Shown piece by piece: positions 11,311-21,333 of a stretch of DNA of 64,000 nucleotides. The translations under genes and the position numbers were made by a program. The DNA comes from a bacterium. Its GTDB lineage: Bacteria > Zhuqueibacterota > Zhuqueibacteria > Residuimicrobiales > Krinioviventaceae. Below the pieces are notes generated by a model, which worked only from the letters and a program-made list of their open reading frames with translations, searched no databases and was not told the DNA's origin. The DNA is taken from NCBI GenBank assembly GCA_963675755.2, contig CAXXMD010000003.1, positions 1,504,001 through 1,568,000 of the forward strand. Reading direction: 5' to 3'. Numbering within the stretch: the stretch's first letter is position 1; every line of letters begins with the position of its first letter.

Positions 11311-12569
11311 TGAAAAAATTACTGACTATATTTATTATATTATTTTCTGTTTCCGGTTTGTTTGCTCAAAAAGTTTTGATCAATATGGACCTTCAACAAA
11401 CAGATCATTTAAAAGCCTATGGTATTGCATTCTGGTCGCTGGAGCGTGGTGTCAATGTGGAATGGTTGCTTAACTACAGAGGCGGTTCGTTTTTAATTGA
11501 TCATTATCCCGCGCTTGAACGAGAGATGCTGGTTCGCGGTGTATCCTTTGAATTGCTTGATGGTTCAGCAGTATCCCAAATCCATGCGTTAATAGAACAG
11601 GAAAATATGGATATCGTTCTATTAGAAACGCCACCCAAAATTGCAATCTATGCTCCCAAAAGCAAGCAGGTGTGGGATGATGCAGTGTTGCTAGCATTAG
11701 AATATGCGGAAATTCCCTACGAGTTGTTGTGGGACAAGGAGGTATTGCAAGGAGAGCTAAATAAATTTGATTGGCTGCATTTACACCATGAAGATTTTAC
11801 CGGTCAGTATGGAAAGTTTTATGCCAGTTATCACAATACCGATTGGTACCAGGACCAGATGGAAAAGAACGAAGCCATTGCAAGAGAAATGGGTTACCCA
11901 AAAGTAACGGTATTGAAACGGGCAGTTGCAAATTCTATAAAGGAATACATTGCCGGGGGTGGATTTGTATTTGCCATGTGCTCTGCCACCGATACTTTTG
12001 ATATTGCTCTTGCATCGTACAATACTGATGTGGCGGCAGAAGTTTATGATGGTGATCCGGCTGACCCGGCGGCAAATGAAAAGCTGGACTACTCACAGTG
12101 CCTGGCGTTTGAAAATTTCAAAGTTATAGAAAATCCTCTGGTTTATGAATATGCAGATATTGATATTCCCCCCAGTAACGCACCGGTATTGAGAGGGGCA
12201 GAAGCTGATTATTTTACACTGTTCGAGTTTTCTGCCAAATATGATCCTGTACCAACCATGTTGACCCAAAATCATGTGTCTGCAATTAAGGGATTTATGG
12301 GACAAACAACAGGATTTAGAAAAACGCTGATTAAAAAGACCATTACAATAATGGGTGAAGCCGAAGGAACCGGACAGGTCAAGTATCTGCATGGTAACCT
12401 GGGCAAGGGGACCTTTACATTTTATGGCGGGCATGATCCCGAAGATTATCAGCATTTTGTTTATGATCCGCACACACAATTGTCATTACATAAAAATTCA
12501 CCGGGATACCGGTTAATATTGAACAATATATTGTTTCCAGCGGCTAAGAAAAAGAAACTCAAAACCTGA
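11310..12569 (+). CDS. Conserved secreted protein of a family often labelled 'asparagine synthetase B'; class I GATase-like fold likely
   Basis: Signal peptide; HLKAYGIAF, WLLNYRGGSF, HLHHEDFTGQYGKFY, FAMCSATD, GGHDPEDY, NSPGYRLILNNILFPAA motifs. Confidence 0.65.
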   Translation: MKKLLTIFIILFSVSGLFAQKVLINMDLQQTDHLKAYGIAFWSLERGVNVEWLLNYRGGSFLIDHYPALEREMLVRGVSFELLDGSAVSQIHALIEQENMDIVLLETPPKIAIYAPKSKQVWDDAVLLALEYAEIPYELLWDKEVLQGELNKFDWLHLHHEDFTGQYGKFYASYHNTDWYQDQMEKNEAIAREMGYPKVTVLKRAVANSIKEYIAGGGFVFAMCSATDTFDIALASYNTDVAAEVYDGDPADPAANEKLDYSQCLAFENFKVIENPLVYEYADIDIPPSNAPVLRGAEADYFTLFEFSAKYDPVPTMLTQNHVSAIKGFMGQTTGFRKTLIKKTITIMGEAEGTGQVKYLHGNLGKGTFTFYGGHDPEDYQHFVYDPHTQLSLHKNSPGYRLILNNILFPAAKKKKLKT

Positions 12570-12985
12570 TGGAGAGTTTAGTGTCTACAATTAAAACCTT
12601 TACCGTACAAACCAGTACAACCGTTCAATTTATAAACATTGATCGTCAGATAGAGCAAATTATAGCCGAGAGTGGCATAGATAGTGGTATTTGCGTTGTG
12701 TTTGTTCCTCACACCACAGCAGGTGTTACCATTAATGAAAACGCAGATCCGGATGTTGTTCGAGATATGACCATGGAGATGAACAAGATCGTTCCTTTTA
12801 ATGATGGTTACCACCACATGGAAGGAAATTCAGCAGCACATATAAAATCATCTTTATTTAGTCCATCACTTACAGTGATTATAGAAAATGGCAGAATGGT
12901 TATGGGTACCTGGCAATCTATCTATTTTTGTGAATTTGATGGGGCGCGTACCCGTAAGGTTATTGTAAAGTTGATAAAAGGTTAA
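12569..12985 (+). CDS. yjbQ: UPF0047/YjbQ family protein
   Basis: PHTTAGVTINENADPDV, EGNSAAHIKSS, GTWQSIYFCEFDG. Confidence 0.92.
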   Translation: MESLVSTIKTFTVQTSTTVQFINIDRQIEQIIAESGIDSGICVVFVPHTTAGVTINENADPDVVRDMTMEMNKIVPFNDGYHHMEGNSAAHIKSSLFSPSLTVIIENGRMVMGTWQSIYFCEFDGARTRKVIVKLIKG

Positions 12986-12989
12986 TTGT

Positions 12990-13748
12990 TTGCCTTTATT
13001 TCAGGAAAAAATAACCGTACCGCCATACAGCCAACTGGCGTATTTGTATGATTTTGTAATGAATCATGTTAATTACAAACGCTGGGCCAGGTATATATCA
13101 CAAATAGCACATCATCATGGCAATGGGACACGTACCATTACAGATATTTCGTGCGGTACCGGAAGTTTAAGCAGAGAATTGCTAAAACTGGGTTATCATG
13201 TAACCGGGTTTGATTATACGCCCGAAATGGTTAGTGTAGCCAGGCGAAAACTAAAAAAGCAGCCCAATGTTCAATTATGGTGCGGTGATATGATGTATCC
13301 CAATTTTACTCACAAACCGGATATGATCGTATCTTTATATGACAGTATGAACTATTTGATGAAATCAAAACAATGGAATTTGTGTTTGGAAAATGTACAT
13401 TCTGCTTTAAAGCCAGATGGATTGTTTGTTTTTGATGTCAGTACATTACAGAATTCCCTGGAAATGTTTACAGGATTCACCCAAAAAGAAAAGAACGCAC
13501 AGGGCAGCTATGTTAGAAAGAGCCGGTTTGATAAAAAGGAACATATTCAAATTAACTATTTTGAAATACGGTTTCATAAAAACAAAACTATCTATTGTGA
13601 AACCCACCGGCAAAAAATCAGATCACTTGAAAATGTGCTGTCAATCATTGACCAATCTCCATTTACCTTGTCTGGTTATTACCATGATTTTACTTTTAAT
13701 CCCGGTTCAGAAACATCTGAACGAATCCATTTTGTATTGAGAAAATAA
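12990..13748 (+). CDS. Class I SAM-dependent methyltransferase
   Basis: DISCGTG motif I, DSMNYL, LKPDGLFVFD; TTG start. Confidence 0.85.
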   Translation: MPLFQEKITVPPYSQLAYLYDFVMNHVNYKRWARYISQIAHHHGNGTRTITDISCGTGSLSRELLKLGYHVTGFDYTPEMVSVARRKLKKQPNVQLWCGDMMYPNFTHKPDMIVSLYDSMNYLMKSKQWNLCLENVHSALKPDGLFVFDVSTLQNSLEMFTGFTQKEKNAQGSYVRKSRFDKKEHIQINYFEIRFHKNKTIYCETHRQKIRSLENVLSIIDQSPFTLSGYYHDFTFNPGSETSERIHFVLRK

Positions 13749-13750
13749 GT

Positions 13751-14404
13751 ATGGTTGAACTGCAAAATGTAAAAATTAAATACCCCACAGGTGATGGAAT
13801 AGAACATATCTCCTTCAAAGTGGCGCCCGGCGAAATGGTGTTTTTGGTGGGGCCTAGTGGAGCGGGTAAATCTACAGTTTTAAAATGTGTTTATATGGAA
13901 GAGTTGCCACAGGAAGGTCATGTAACTGTTGGCGAATATAACAGCCTGTTTATCCGTAAAAAAGATATCCCATATGTTAGAAGACGATTGGGTGTGGTCT
14001 TTCAGGATTTTAAATTGCTCAATGATCGTGATGTTTTTAGAAATGTATCATTTGCGCTTGAAGTGATTGGTGTCAGGAATAAAGAGATCAAGAAACGAGT
14101 CTTACGCGCATTGGCTGATGTGGGGCTTTCTCACAAGTCCAGAAAATACCCGGACGAACTATCAGGAGGAGAGCAGCAGCGCGTTGCCATAGCAAGGGCT
14201 ATTGTGAATGAACCCTATTTATTGCTGGCAGATGAACCTACCGGAAATCTTGATCCCGATACTGCCGCAGGTATTATGGATATTTTTAAACGCATTCATG
14301 CAAGAGGCACATCAATACTGATAGCTACGCATAATACAGACCTGGTATCCCGCTATAAAGCAAGAGTAGTGAAAATCAAAAAAGGGGGGATACTCGAGGT
14401 ATGA
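13751..14404 (+). CDS. ftsE: Cell-division ABC ATPase FtsE
   Basis: GPSGAGKST, RRRLGVVFQDFKLL, LSGGEQQRVAIARA, ADEPTGNLD; directly upstream of ftsX. Confidence 0.92.
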   Translation: MVELQNVKIKYPTGDGIEHISFKVAPGEMVFLVGPSGAGKSTVLKCVYMEELPQEGHVTVGEYNSLFIRKKDIPYVRRRLGVVFQDFKLLNDRDVFRNVSFALEVIGVRNKEIKKRVLRALADVGLSHKSRKYPDELSGGEQQRVAIARAIVNEPYLLLADEPTGNLDPDTAAGIMDIFKRIHARGTSILIATHNTDLVSRYKARVVKIKKGGILEV

Positions 14405-15249
14405 GTTTGAAATACAGTATAAGAGAAGCCTTTTCAGGATTCAAGCGTGCGCGTTTGTCTTTTTTTATCTCAGTCTTTACCATTTCATTTTTACTGTTTA
14501 TTATTAGCATTTTTTTTACGCTTGCGATGAATGTTAATCAATTGATTGATGTATTGAATGCCAAGATAGACATTCAAGTGTTTCTCTCTACAATTTTAGA
14601 CGATACAGAAATTGCCCAGGTGGGAAGTACAATCAATAGTCTTGATCAGGTTGCAAACCTTGAATTTGTTTCTCCGGATCAGGCCGCCAAAATGTTTCAA
14701 CAAGAGTTTGGAGAAGAACTTTTTTCTATACTTGATGATAATCCCTTACCCGCATCTTTTAATATCATGCTCAAAGAAGAATATCGTACAATTGAAAATA
14801 TTGAGCAGCTTGCCAATACCATTATGAAAATTGATGGAGTAGACGAAGTGGAATATCACAGTGAAGCACTGGGTTTGCTTTTGAAATTTTCCCGCATTGC
14901 TACAGTTATTTCAGCTTTGCTGTTAATTGTAGTTGTTATTGGATCCTTATTTGTGGTTTCCAATACGATCCGCCTTATTGTTATTTCTCGCAAAGATATC
15001 ATCAATACAATGAGACTGGTGGGTGCAACAAGACACTTTATCAGTTTGCCTTACCTGTTGGAAGGAATCATTCAGGGCTTGCTTGGTGGTTTAATCGCGT
15101 TTTTGTTTTCTTTGGGATTATTTGCTTTTGTACAATCACAATGGCCGGGATTATTAACAACTCCCGAATATTTGTTTTATGGATTGTTGTTAGCCGGTGT
15201 TTTGTTTGGATATATAGGAAGTTTGGTTGCAATAAAACGTTATTTGTGA
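14401..15249 (+). CDS. ftsX: Cell-division permease FtsX
   Basis: NPLPASF, SNTIRL..MRLVGAT..FI..P.LLEG; four-TM pattern; ATGA overlap with ftsE. Confidence 0.92.
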   Translation: MSLKYSIREAFSGFKRARLSFFISVFTISFLLFIISIFFTLAMNVNQLIDVLNAKIDIQVFLSTILDDTEIAQVGSTINSLDQVANLEFVSPDQAAKMFQQEFGEELFSILDDNPLPASFNIMLKEEYRTIENIEQLANTIMKIDGVDEVEYHSEALGLLLKFSRIATVISALLLIVVVIGSLFVVSNTIRLIVISRKDIINTMRLVGATRHFISLPYLLEGIIQGLLGGLIAFLFSLGLFAFVQSQWPGLLTTPEYLFYGLLLAGVLFGYIGSLVAIKRYL

Positions 15250-15294
15250 TTGTTCCTTATAAAGTTGCATAAAGTAAACATGAGGAAATATTAC

Positions 15295-15323
15295 TTGACT
15301 TGGCAGTCAAAAATCGTTATTTT
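15295..15323 (+). promoter_or_regulatory. Putative sigma70 promoter of hrcA-grpE-dnaJ
   Basis: TTGACT-N17-TATTTT about 40 bp upstream of hrcA; overlaps palindrome TTGACT-tggc-AGTCAA and a CIRCE-like half site TTGGCAGTC. Confidence 0.45.
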
Positions 15324-15364
15324 TATGCTAATCTTTTTTTTAAGAAGAATGTATATAAATCAAG

Positions 15365-16393
15365 ATGCATATAGATGAATTAACAGAACGAGAGCGAGAA
15401 GTATTTTTATCCATAGTACATGGTTTTATCCAAACCGCTGAACCTGTGGGTTCTCGTTATTTGTCAAAGAATTATAACCTGAATATCAGCCCGGCAACTA
15501 TACGTAACGTAATGATGGATCTTGAAGAAAAGGGCCTGATAACACAACCGCACACATCGGCAGGAAGAGTTCCTACAAATGTAGGGTATCGTCAATATGT
15601 AAACAGTATGATGAGCGTTCAGACGCTTAGTGAAGAAGAAAAGCACTCTATTGTTAGAGAGATGGAAGGTTTTTCTCAGGATGTCAGCTCTATAGTACAA
15701 CATGCGACCGATGTGTTGAGCAGAATATCCAGTCAGCTCGGAGTGGTTTTAACTCCCCGGTTCAATAGAGGACAGCTTGAAAAGCTTGAATTGATTCAGA
15801 TATCAGAAAACAAGCTATTGCTGCTCTTGAATGTAAAATCGGGTCTTGTTAAAACCGTGATCTTTGAAATCAATCAGCGGTTACCACAAAGTTTGCTGGA
15901 AGCAACTACTCAGTTGTTAAACGAACGTCTTCATGGTTTATCGTTAGAGGAGCTGCAAAATACAATTACAGACCGTTTTCGGGATCTGGATCAGGAACAG
16001 CGAATGTTGATCCAGACCATTCAGATGAATGCGAATTTTGCAATTCAGACGGATACCAAATTTCATTTTGCAGGAGCCAAAAACGTTATAGAACAACCCG
16101 AGTTTGAGAACCGGGAAAAAATTGGTAAAATACTGGAATTGCTGGATAGAAGAGACATTCTGATCAAAATACTGGATGAGCAGGAAGCAGAAGGTGTTTC
16201 TATTGTTATTGGTGATGAAAACCAGGAAGATTTGATGAAAAACTGTAGTATGATCACTACCAGTTATTCCTTTGAAAATGCCAAAGGTACATTGGGTATT
16301 ATTGGTCCTACCCGCATGCAGTATTCTAAAATTGTATCACTGGTTGAATTTATGGCTGAAACCCTGAGCTATCTGGTTTCACAAAAAAAATAA
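15365..16393 (+). CDS. hrcA: Heat-inducible transcription repressor HrcA
   Basis: EPVGSR, SPATIRNVM.DLEE.G...QPHTSAGRVPT, GIIGPTRM.Y. Confidence 0.96.
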   Translation: MHIDELTEREREVFLSIVHGFIQTAEPVGSRYLSKNYNLNISPATIRNVMMDLEEKGLITQPHTSAGRVPTNVGYRQYVNSMMSVQTLSEEEKHSIVREMEGFSQDVSSIVQHATDVLSRISSQLGVVLTPRFNRGQLEKLELIQISENKLLLLLNVKSGLVKTVIFEINQRLPQSLLEATTQLLNERLHGLSLEELQNTITDRFRDLDQEQRMLIQTIQMNANFAIQTDTKFHFAGAKNVIEQPEFENREKIGKILELLDRRDILIKILDEQEAEGVSIVIGDENQEDLMKNCSMITTSYSFENAKGTLGIIGPTRMQYSKIVSLVEFMAETLSYLVSQKK

Positions 16394-16404
16394 AAAAGGT
16401 AGAT

Positions 16405-16923
16405 GTGAGTAAAGAACATACAGAAAAGACTGCTGCGAAAAAAGAACAGAGTAAGACCAAACGTAGAAATTATAAAAAAGAACTCGAAGCCGCTATACAG
16501 CAGATTGAAGAATTGAAATCACAATTCATGCGACAGGCGGCTGATTTTGATAATTATCGGAAACGTACAGAAAAAGAGAGACTGGAATTAACCGAACGGG
16601 CAAATATGCGGTTGATTTCTCAGGTATTACCGGTACTGGATGATTTTGGACGTTCAATTGAAACCAATACTGAAAAAGGAGACAAGGAATCTCTTTTAGA
16701 AGGTATTAATCTGATTTATCGAAATTTGTTTGCAATTTTAAATAAAGATGGATTAACGCACATGGAGTGCGTAGGTAAACCTTTTGATCCTGAATTTCAT
16801 GATGCTTTGATGCAGGTAGATGTTGAAGGTTATGAACCGGATACGGTTATTGAAGAACATATCAAAGGTTATTTATATCGCGATCAGGTTATCCGTCATG
16901 CCAAAGTGATAGTGAGTAAATAG
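16405..16923 (+). CDS. grpE: Nucleotide exchange factor GrpE
   Basis: [26 protein letters not shown]....VIRHAKV; GTG start. Confidence 0.95.
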   Translation: MSKEHTEKTAAKKEQSKTKRRNYKKELEAAIQQIEELKSQFMRQAADFDNYRKRTEKERLELTERANMRLISQVLPVLDDFGRSIETNTEKGDKESLLEGINLIYRNLFAILNKDGLTHMECVGKPFDPEFHDALMQVDVEGYEPDTVIEEHIKGYLYRDQVIRHAKVIVSK

Positions 16924-16943
16924 AAAGAGTTGTTAATATACAT

Positions 16944-18083
16944 ATGTCAGATAGAGATTATTATGAAATATTGAATGTCAACAGAGATGCAGATCAAAAT
17001 GAGATAAAAAAAGCATATCGTTCGTTGGCAATGCAATACCATCCCGATAAAAATCCGGGAAACACGGAAGCGGAAGAGAAATTCAAGGAATTGAGTGAAG
17101 CCTATGCGGTTTTATCAGATCCACAGAAACGACGTCAATATGACCAATTCGGTAAAGCCGGAATGCGTGGTAGCAGTTCAGGTGGATATGGTGGATATGA
17201 AGGCGGCTATGTAGATCCCTTTGATATTTTCCGTGAAGTTTTTGGTGGTGGATTTGGAGATATTTTTGGAATGGGTGGCGGCTCTGCCGGTCGTCGTCGT
17301 TCTGCTGCCAAAAAAGGTGCAGATTTACAGATTCGTTTAAAACTCACACTGGAAGAAATAGCCACTGGTGTTGAAAAAACGATCAAAATAAAAAAACAAG
17401 TTCGTTGTAATACATGTGATGGCTCTGGTGCAAGTCCGGGTACTTCTTTTGTGACTTGTCCGGTTTGTCATGGTCGTGGCGAAGTAGCATATCGTCAGGG
17501 CTTTTTTACGGTTACCCAAACATGCCAGAACTGTGGCGGAGAAGGTAAAACCATAGATAAGCCTTGTACGGATTGTAAAGGCGAAGGGCGCGTTCGTGGA
17601 GAAGATACCCTTCAGGTAAATATTCCGGCAGGCGTTGCCGAAGGACAATATCTGACGCTTCGTGGATCTGGTAATGTTGGTCCCAAAGGCGGCCCAACAG
17701 GTGATGTTCTGGTAATCATTGAAGAAGAAAAGCACGAAGCATTTGAACGGCATGGTGATGATGTTGTTTATAATTTACACATTGGCTTTACTCAGGTTGC
17801 GCTTGGTGACGAAATTGAAGTACCCACATTGTCGGGAAAAGCAAAAATTCACATTGCCCCCGGCACTCAAAGTGGCAAGATACTGCGAATGAAAGGTAAA
17901 GGTTTACCGCATCTTAATTCGCATGGCGCCGGCGATCAGTTGATCAGGGTAATGGTTTATACACCTACAAAACTCTCTGCCAGAGAAAAAGATTTATTAA
18001 AAGAATTGGCAGAACAGGAAAACATGTTTCCTAAAAAAGGAGATAAAAGCTTCTTTGAAAGGATGAAAGAAGCTATATTATAA
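16944..18083 (+). CDS. dnaJ: Chaperone DnaJ
   Basis: J-domain HPD, G/F-rich region, four CxxCxGxG repeats. Confidence 0.98.
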   Translation: MSDRDYYEILNVNRDADQNEIKKAYRSLAMQYHPDKNPGNTEAEEKFKELSEAYAVLSDPQKRRQYDQFGKAGMRGSSSGGYGGYEGGYVDPFDIFREVFGGGFGDIFGMGGGSAGRRRSAAKKGADLQIRLKLTLEEIATGVEKTIKIKKQVRCNTCDGSGASPGTSFVTCPVCHGRGEVAYRQGFFTVTQTCQNCGGEGKTIDKPCTDCKGEGRVRGEDTLQVNIPAGVAEGQYLTLRGSGNVGPKGGPTGDVLVIIEEEKHEAFERHGDDVVYNLHIGFTQVALGDEIEVPTLSGKAKIHIAPGTQSGKILRMKGKGLPHLNSHGAGDQLIRVMVYTPTKLSAREKDLLKELAEQENMFPKKGDKSFFERMKEAIL

Positions 18084-18086
18084 TAT

Positions 18087-18488
18087 ATGTTCTCTTTTAC
18101 GCGCAATGAACAAAAATTTTTACTATTGTTTTTGTTGGCCATTATTACCGGAATTGCAGTAAATGAGTATAAAAATTGGCAAAATGGAAACAATTCATCT
18201 TTTGTTCAAAAAGAATGGATTAAAAGTTTTGAGCAGCAAAGTTTGCTCTATGAAAAAACAAAGGAAACAAATAAACAAAAAGACAGTGTTGTTGGAAAAA
18301 TAAATATCAATACCGCAACCTCTGAACAATTACAGACCTTACCCAGAATTGGTCCAACATTGGCTGTCAATATAGTGGAATATAGAAAACAACATGGTCC
18401 ATTTCAACACATTGAAGATATAAAAAGTGTAAATAGAATTGGAATAAAAACATTCAACAAAATTAAAACCAGCATAACAATAGATTAA
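18087..18488 (+). CDS. comEA: ComEA-like helix-hairpin-helix DNA-binding protein
   Basis: N-terminal TM; KININTAT..QLQTLPRIGP.LA..I..YR..HGPF..IEDI..V..IG.K. Confidence 0.8.
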   Translation: MFSFTRNEQKFLLLFLLAIITGIAVNEYKNWQNGNNSSFVQKEWIKSFEQQSLLYEKTKETNKQKDSVVGKININTATSEQLQTLPRIGPTLAVNIVEYRKQHGPFQHIEDIKSVNRIGIKTFNKIKTSITID

Positions 18489-18515
18489 GTTATGCTGATA
18501 ACTTTAGGAGGAAAG

Positions 18516-19202
18516 ATGGCAAAGGAACTTACGCCCAAAGGTTCAATAATCTACAAGTTTCTGATTCTTGTTTTGGCTGTTGCCTTGGTGTTAACCATAA
18601 TTTACCCAAAACAAGTTTGGGATATGGCTGATAAAGAAACCAAGATATGTCAGGAACATATGGATCACATACTATATGCAGAATTGACTTATCTTAGTGA
18701 AAATAATGCTTATAATGATACACTTACAAAGGTTGTAGAATTTATTAAAAATGATTCTACCGGTGCCAGATTAAGAACATTCATGACAGCAGATTCTGTA
18801 TTAACACTTGACATTTATGCATATTTTCAGCAAGGTTCTGACAGCGTAGCTAAAACCCTGGTTGATTCATTGCGCGATTATGGTAGACGCTATGACCTGG
18901 ATACTACCGCAGCATTGGTATTTGACTCTTTAAGAGTTGTTGATGCAAACTATGGAGAAAAAATTGATTCTATAGCTTTTGCCGCACTTGAAGAGATGTT
19001 TAATTGCCCGTCTACTGATAAAGATTATGTCATTAAAGTAAATAATGATTCAACCTTTAAAAAGATTTCTATCACTTGTCCGATAGACTCTACAGATATT
19101 CTTGCTGTTGAAAAAGATTTTGTAAAAAGCACTTTGGGCGGTTATAAACTTGAAAACCATGGTTCAATCAATGAAAATGGTGAAAAAAGCTGGCAAAATT
19201 AA
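18516..19202 (+). CDS. Membrane-anchored hypothetical protein, possibly pilin/pseudopilin-like
   Basis: AGGAGG RBS before ATG 18516; KG followed by a hydrophobic helix; two CP motifs; between comEA and a pilM-like gene. Confidence 0.55.
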   Translation: MAKELTPKGSIIYKFLILVLAVALVLTIIYPKQVWDMADKETKICQEHMDHILYAELTYLSENNAYNDTLTKVVEFIKNDSTGARLRTFMTADSVLTLDIYAYFQQGSDSVAKTLVDSLRDYGRRYDLDTTAALVFDSLRVVDANYGEKIDSIAFAALEEMFNCPSTDKDYVIKVNNDSTFKKISITCPIDSTDILAVEKDFVKSTLGGYKLENHGSINENGEKSWQN

Positions 19203-19232
19203 ACATTAATACTCAAGAAAGAAGTATAGAAT

Positions 19233-20174
19233 ATGGCGATTAAAGGGGAAAAAATAAGTTTGGGAATCTATATGTCTGGCAAGGTATTGCGGATAATAGA
19301 AGCTCAAAGAGACAATGGCGATATAAAAATACTTCGCGTTGCCGAAACCGAATTGGAAGCCCCGTTTGTGCCAACAGCGTGTAAAGCGGTTTCTGCAGAA
19401 AAATTTTCTGATGCGATTAACTTGCTGGTAGAACAGGAAGGTATGCTGCCGGGGGCAGCCGACTTGGCAATTGATGGCAGAATGACTGTAGAACAGATTG
19501 TAGTTTTTGATAATGATCTTGATAATGCTATGCTTGAAGATCATATGGAATGGGAAGTTAACCAGCTTCTTGTTTCAAATAGAGATGAGTTTAATGTTAA
19601 TTATCAGTCTATAAAACCGCTCAAACCCGGGTTTGAGCGGTATCTCGTTGTTTCTGTCAGAAAAGAAATGATTCAATATATTCAAGATGTGTTTGACCAT
19701 TCTTCTTTGACATTAACAAGAATTGATATTGACAAGCTTGCGGCTTTGAAAACCTTTAAAGCGACGCAGCACAGTGAAGGATTATGTGCCCTTGTTAATT
19801 GCATGCCGGGAGTGTATGATATTATTCTTATCAATGATGGTGATTATGTACTCTCGCATGAAATTTCTTATTCTGAAAATCCAATAAAAGGTACGGATTC
19901 TTTAAATGTTGCAACTGATATTAATCATACCATAAACAATCTTTTGCAGCAGGTTAGTGAATCTATACAGGTTAACAGCCTTGAACAGGTTTACTTTTTT
20001 GGTGAAAATTTTAAATCCGAATTGCTCAATCACTTTGGGCAACAACAAAGCCGGTTTCAACCCATTCATTTCAATCCTTTTACCAGCTTACCATTGGATC
20101 TGGATTCCAATTCGCAGGAATTAATTGAACGATATCCCGAAAAGTTTGTATTTAGTCTGGGTATGGTTTTGTAG
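19233..20174 (+). CDS. PilM-like actin-fold pilus assembly protein (divergent)
   Basis: N-terminal LGI..S...LRIIE strand, WEVNQLL, LVVSVRKE, RIDID..AAL and C-terminal FNPF resemble PilM/FtsA-type proteins. Confidence 0.6.
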   Translation: MAIKGEKISLGIYMSGKVLRIIEAQRDNGDIKILRVAETELEAPFVPTACKAVSAEKFSDAINLLVEQEGMLPGAADLAIDGRMTVEQIVVFDNDLDNAMLEDHMEWEVNQLLVSNRDEFNVNYQSIKPLKPGFERYLVVSVRKEMIQYIQDVFDHSSLTLTRIDIDKLAALKTFKATQHSEGLCALVNCMPGVYDIILINDGDYVLSHEISYSENPIKGTDSLNVATDINHTINNLLQQVSESIQVNSLEQVYFFGENFKSELLNHFGQQQSRFQPIHFNPFTSLPLDLDSNSQELIERYPEKFVFSLGMVL

Positions 20175-20222
20175 AAATGATAGATTCTTGTAATTAGTTT
20201 ATGGGGAAAAAGAGAGTTATTT

Positions 20223-21254
20223 ATGAATTTATTATTTGATAAGCGAGAACAATCATCCCAATCGGTTCCTGAAAGAGAATATACCCAGGATGATGTCATG
20301 TTCCATTCTGATGAAGCCGGTCCTGTAAAGGATAATAAAGCAGCATCAAAAACTAAAATAAAGAAACCTAAAAAACCGATGAAAATGGGATGGATTTATT
20401 TCATTCTCATCCCTTTAACAGTTGTGGTTTTGGTTATGGGGTATTTGTTTTATTTTCAAAAAGATCTTTTATTTAAACCTAAAGTACCAACTACCATAAC
20501 GCAAAAACAACATACTGTGTTGGATTCAAGTGAACAACAAACAGATCAGGATGTTCAACAACCGACCACTACTGAATCTATTGAGCAGCAACCTGTTGTT
20601 CAAAACCAACCTGTAAACCAATCTCAAACCGGAACAGAAAGAAAACCTGTGTCTCAGACAGGGCAAACAAGGGTTTCCACTCCTGTTACCAGAACACCAG
20701 CTTCGGGTCAATCCGTTGTTGCCGTTCAACTTGTAGATAACTTTTTGAACACTCTTCCTGCAAATGTTTCTTTGAGCAGTTTGTTCATTGATGAGAATAC
20801 ATTTTCTGTAGGTGTTAATACAACATCATCCTCCGCATTGAACAGTTACTATCAGTCTCTGTCTTCTTCGTTGCCAGCAGGTTCGGCTATTACAACAGAG
20901 CCTAAACTCACAGGCAGACAAACTCTAATTGCAGGTACTTATAGTAATGTTTCATCTCAACGCGGAACAAATCCCATTAGCGCTGCAAACATGAGAACCC
21001 AGATCAATAATATTATTAATAAAAACAGTGTATTAAAACATGAAATTACAGTGGGTGCACCCAAAGCCTGGAACAGTGGTAAAAGATCTCAGGTCTTTGT
21101 GAAAATATCCGGACAAATGAATAATTGTCAAAATGTGGTAACGGATATTTTTAACAGTGGATGGGATGTATCCCTTTCTAAAATAATTGTAATGCCGGTC
21201 AATAAATCCAATGGTACATTGGTGTTGAGATTTTTCCTGAACAACCCGGCATAA
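20223..21254 (+). CDS. Bitopic membrane protein with Q/T/P-rich linker (possibly PilN/PilO-like)
   Basis: Single TM at about aa 57-78, low-complexity linker, folded C-terminal region; follows the pilM-like gene. Confidence 0.5.
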   Translation: MNLLFDKREQSSQSVPEREYTQDDVMFHSDEAGPVKDNKAASKTKIKKPKKPMKMGWIYFILIPLTVVVLVMGYLFYFQKDLLFKPKVPTTITQKQHTVLDSSEQQTDQDVQQPTTTESIEQQPVVQNQPVNQSQTGTERKPVSQTGQTRVSTPVTRTPASGQSVVAVQLVDNFLNTLPANVSLSSLFIDENTFSVGVNTTSSSALNSYYQSLSSSLPAGSAITTEPKLTGRQTLIAGTYSNVSSQRGTNPISAANMRTQINNIINKNSVLKHEITVGAPKAWNSGKRSQVFVKISGQMNNCQNVVTDIFNSGWDVSLSKIIVMPVNKSNGTLVLRFFLNNPA

Positions 21255-21333
21255 AACAGAATTCTAAAATTGGCCCCTTAATGATCGGACACAGGAACCT
21301 GGTTGTCAAGGGGCATTTATATAATATATTAAA

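Noticed and set aside
15300-15331. Full CIRCE element before hrcA
   Set aside because: Left arm has two mismatches, right arm matches only TGCTAA, and spacing is 14 rather than 9 bp.
21273-21315. GCCCCTT...AAGGGGC hairpin between the pilN-like gene and rsmD as an ncRNA or riboswitch
   Set aside because: The inner stem depends on many G-U pairs and matches no RNA family I recognise; at most a terminator-like or processing hairpin.
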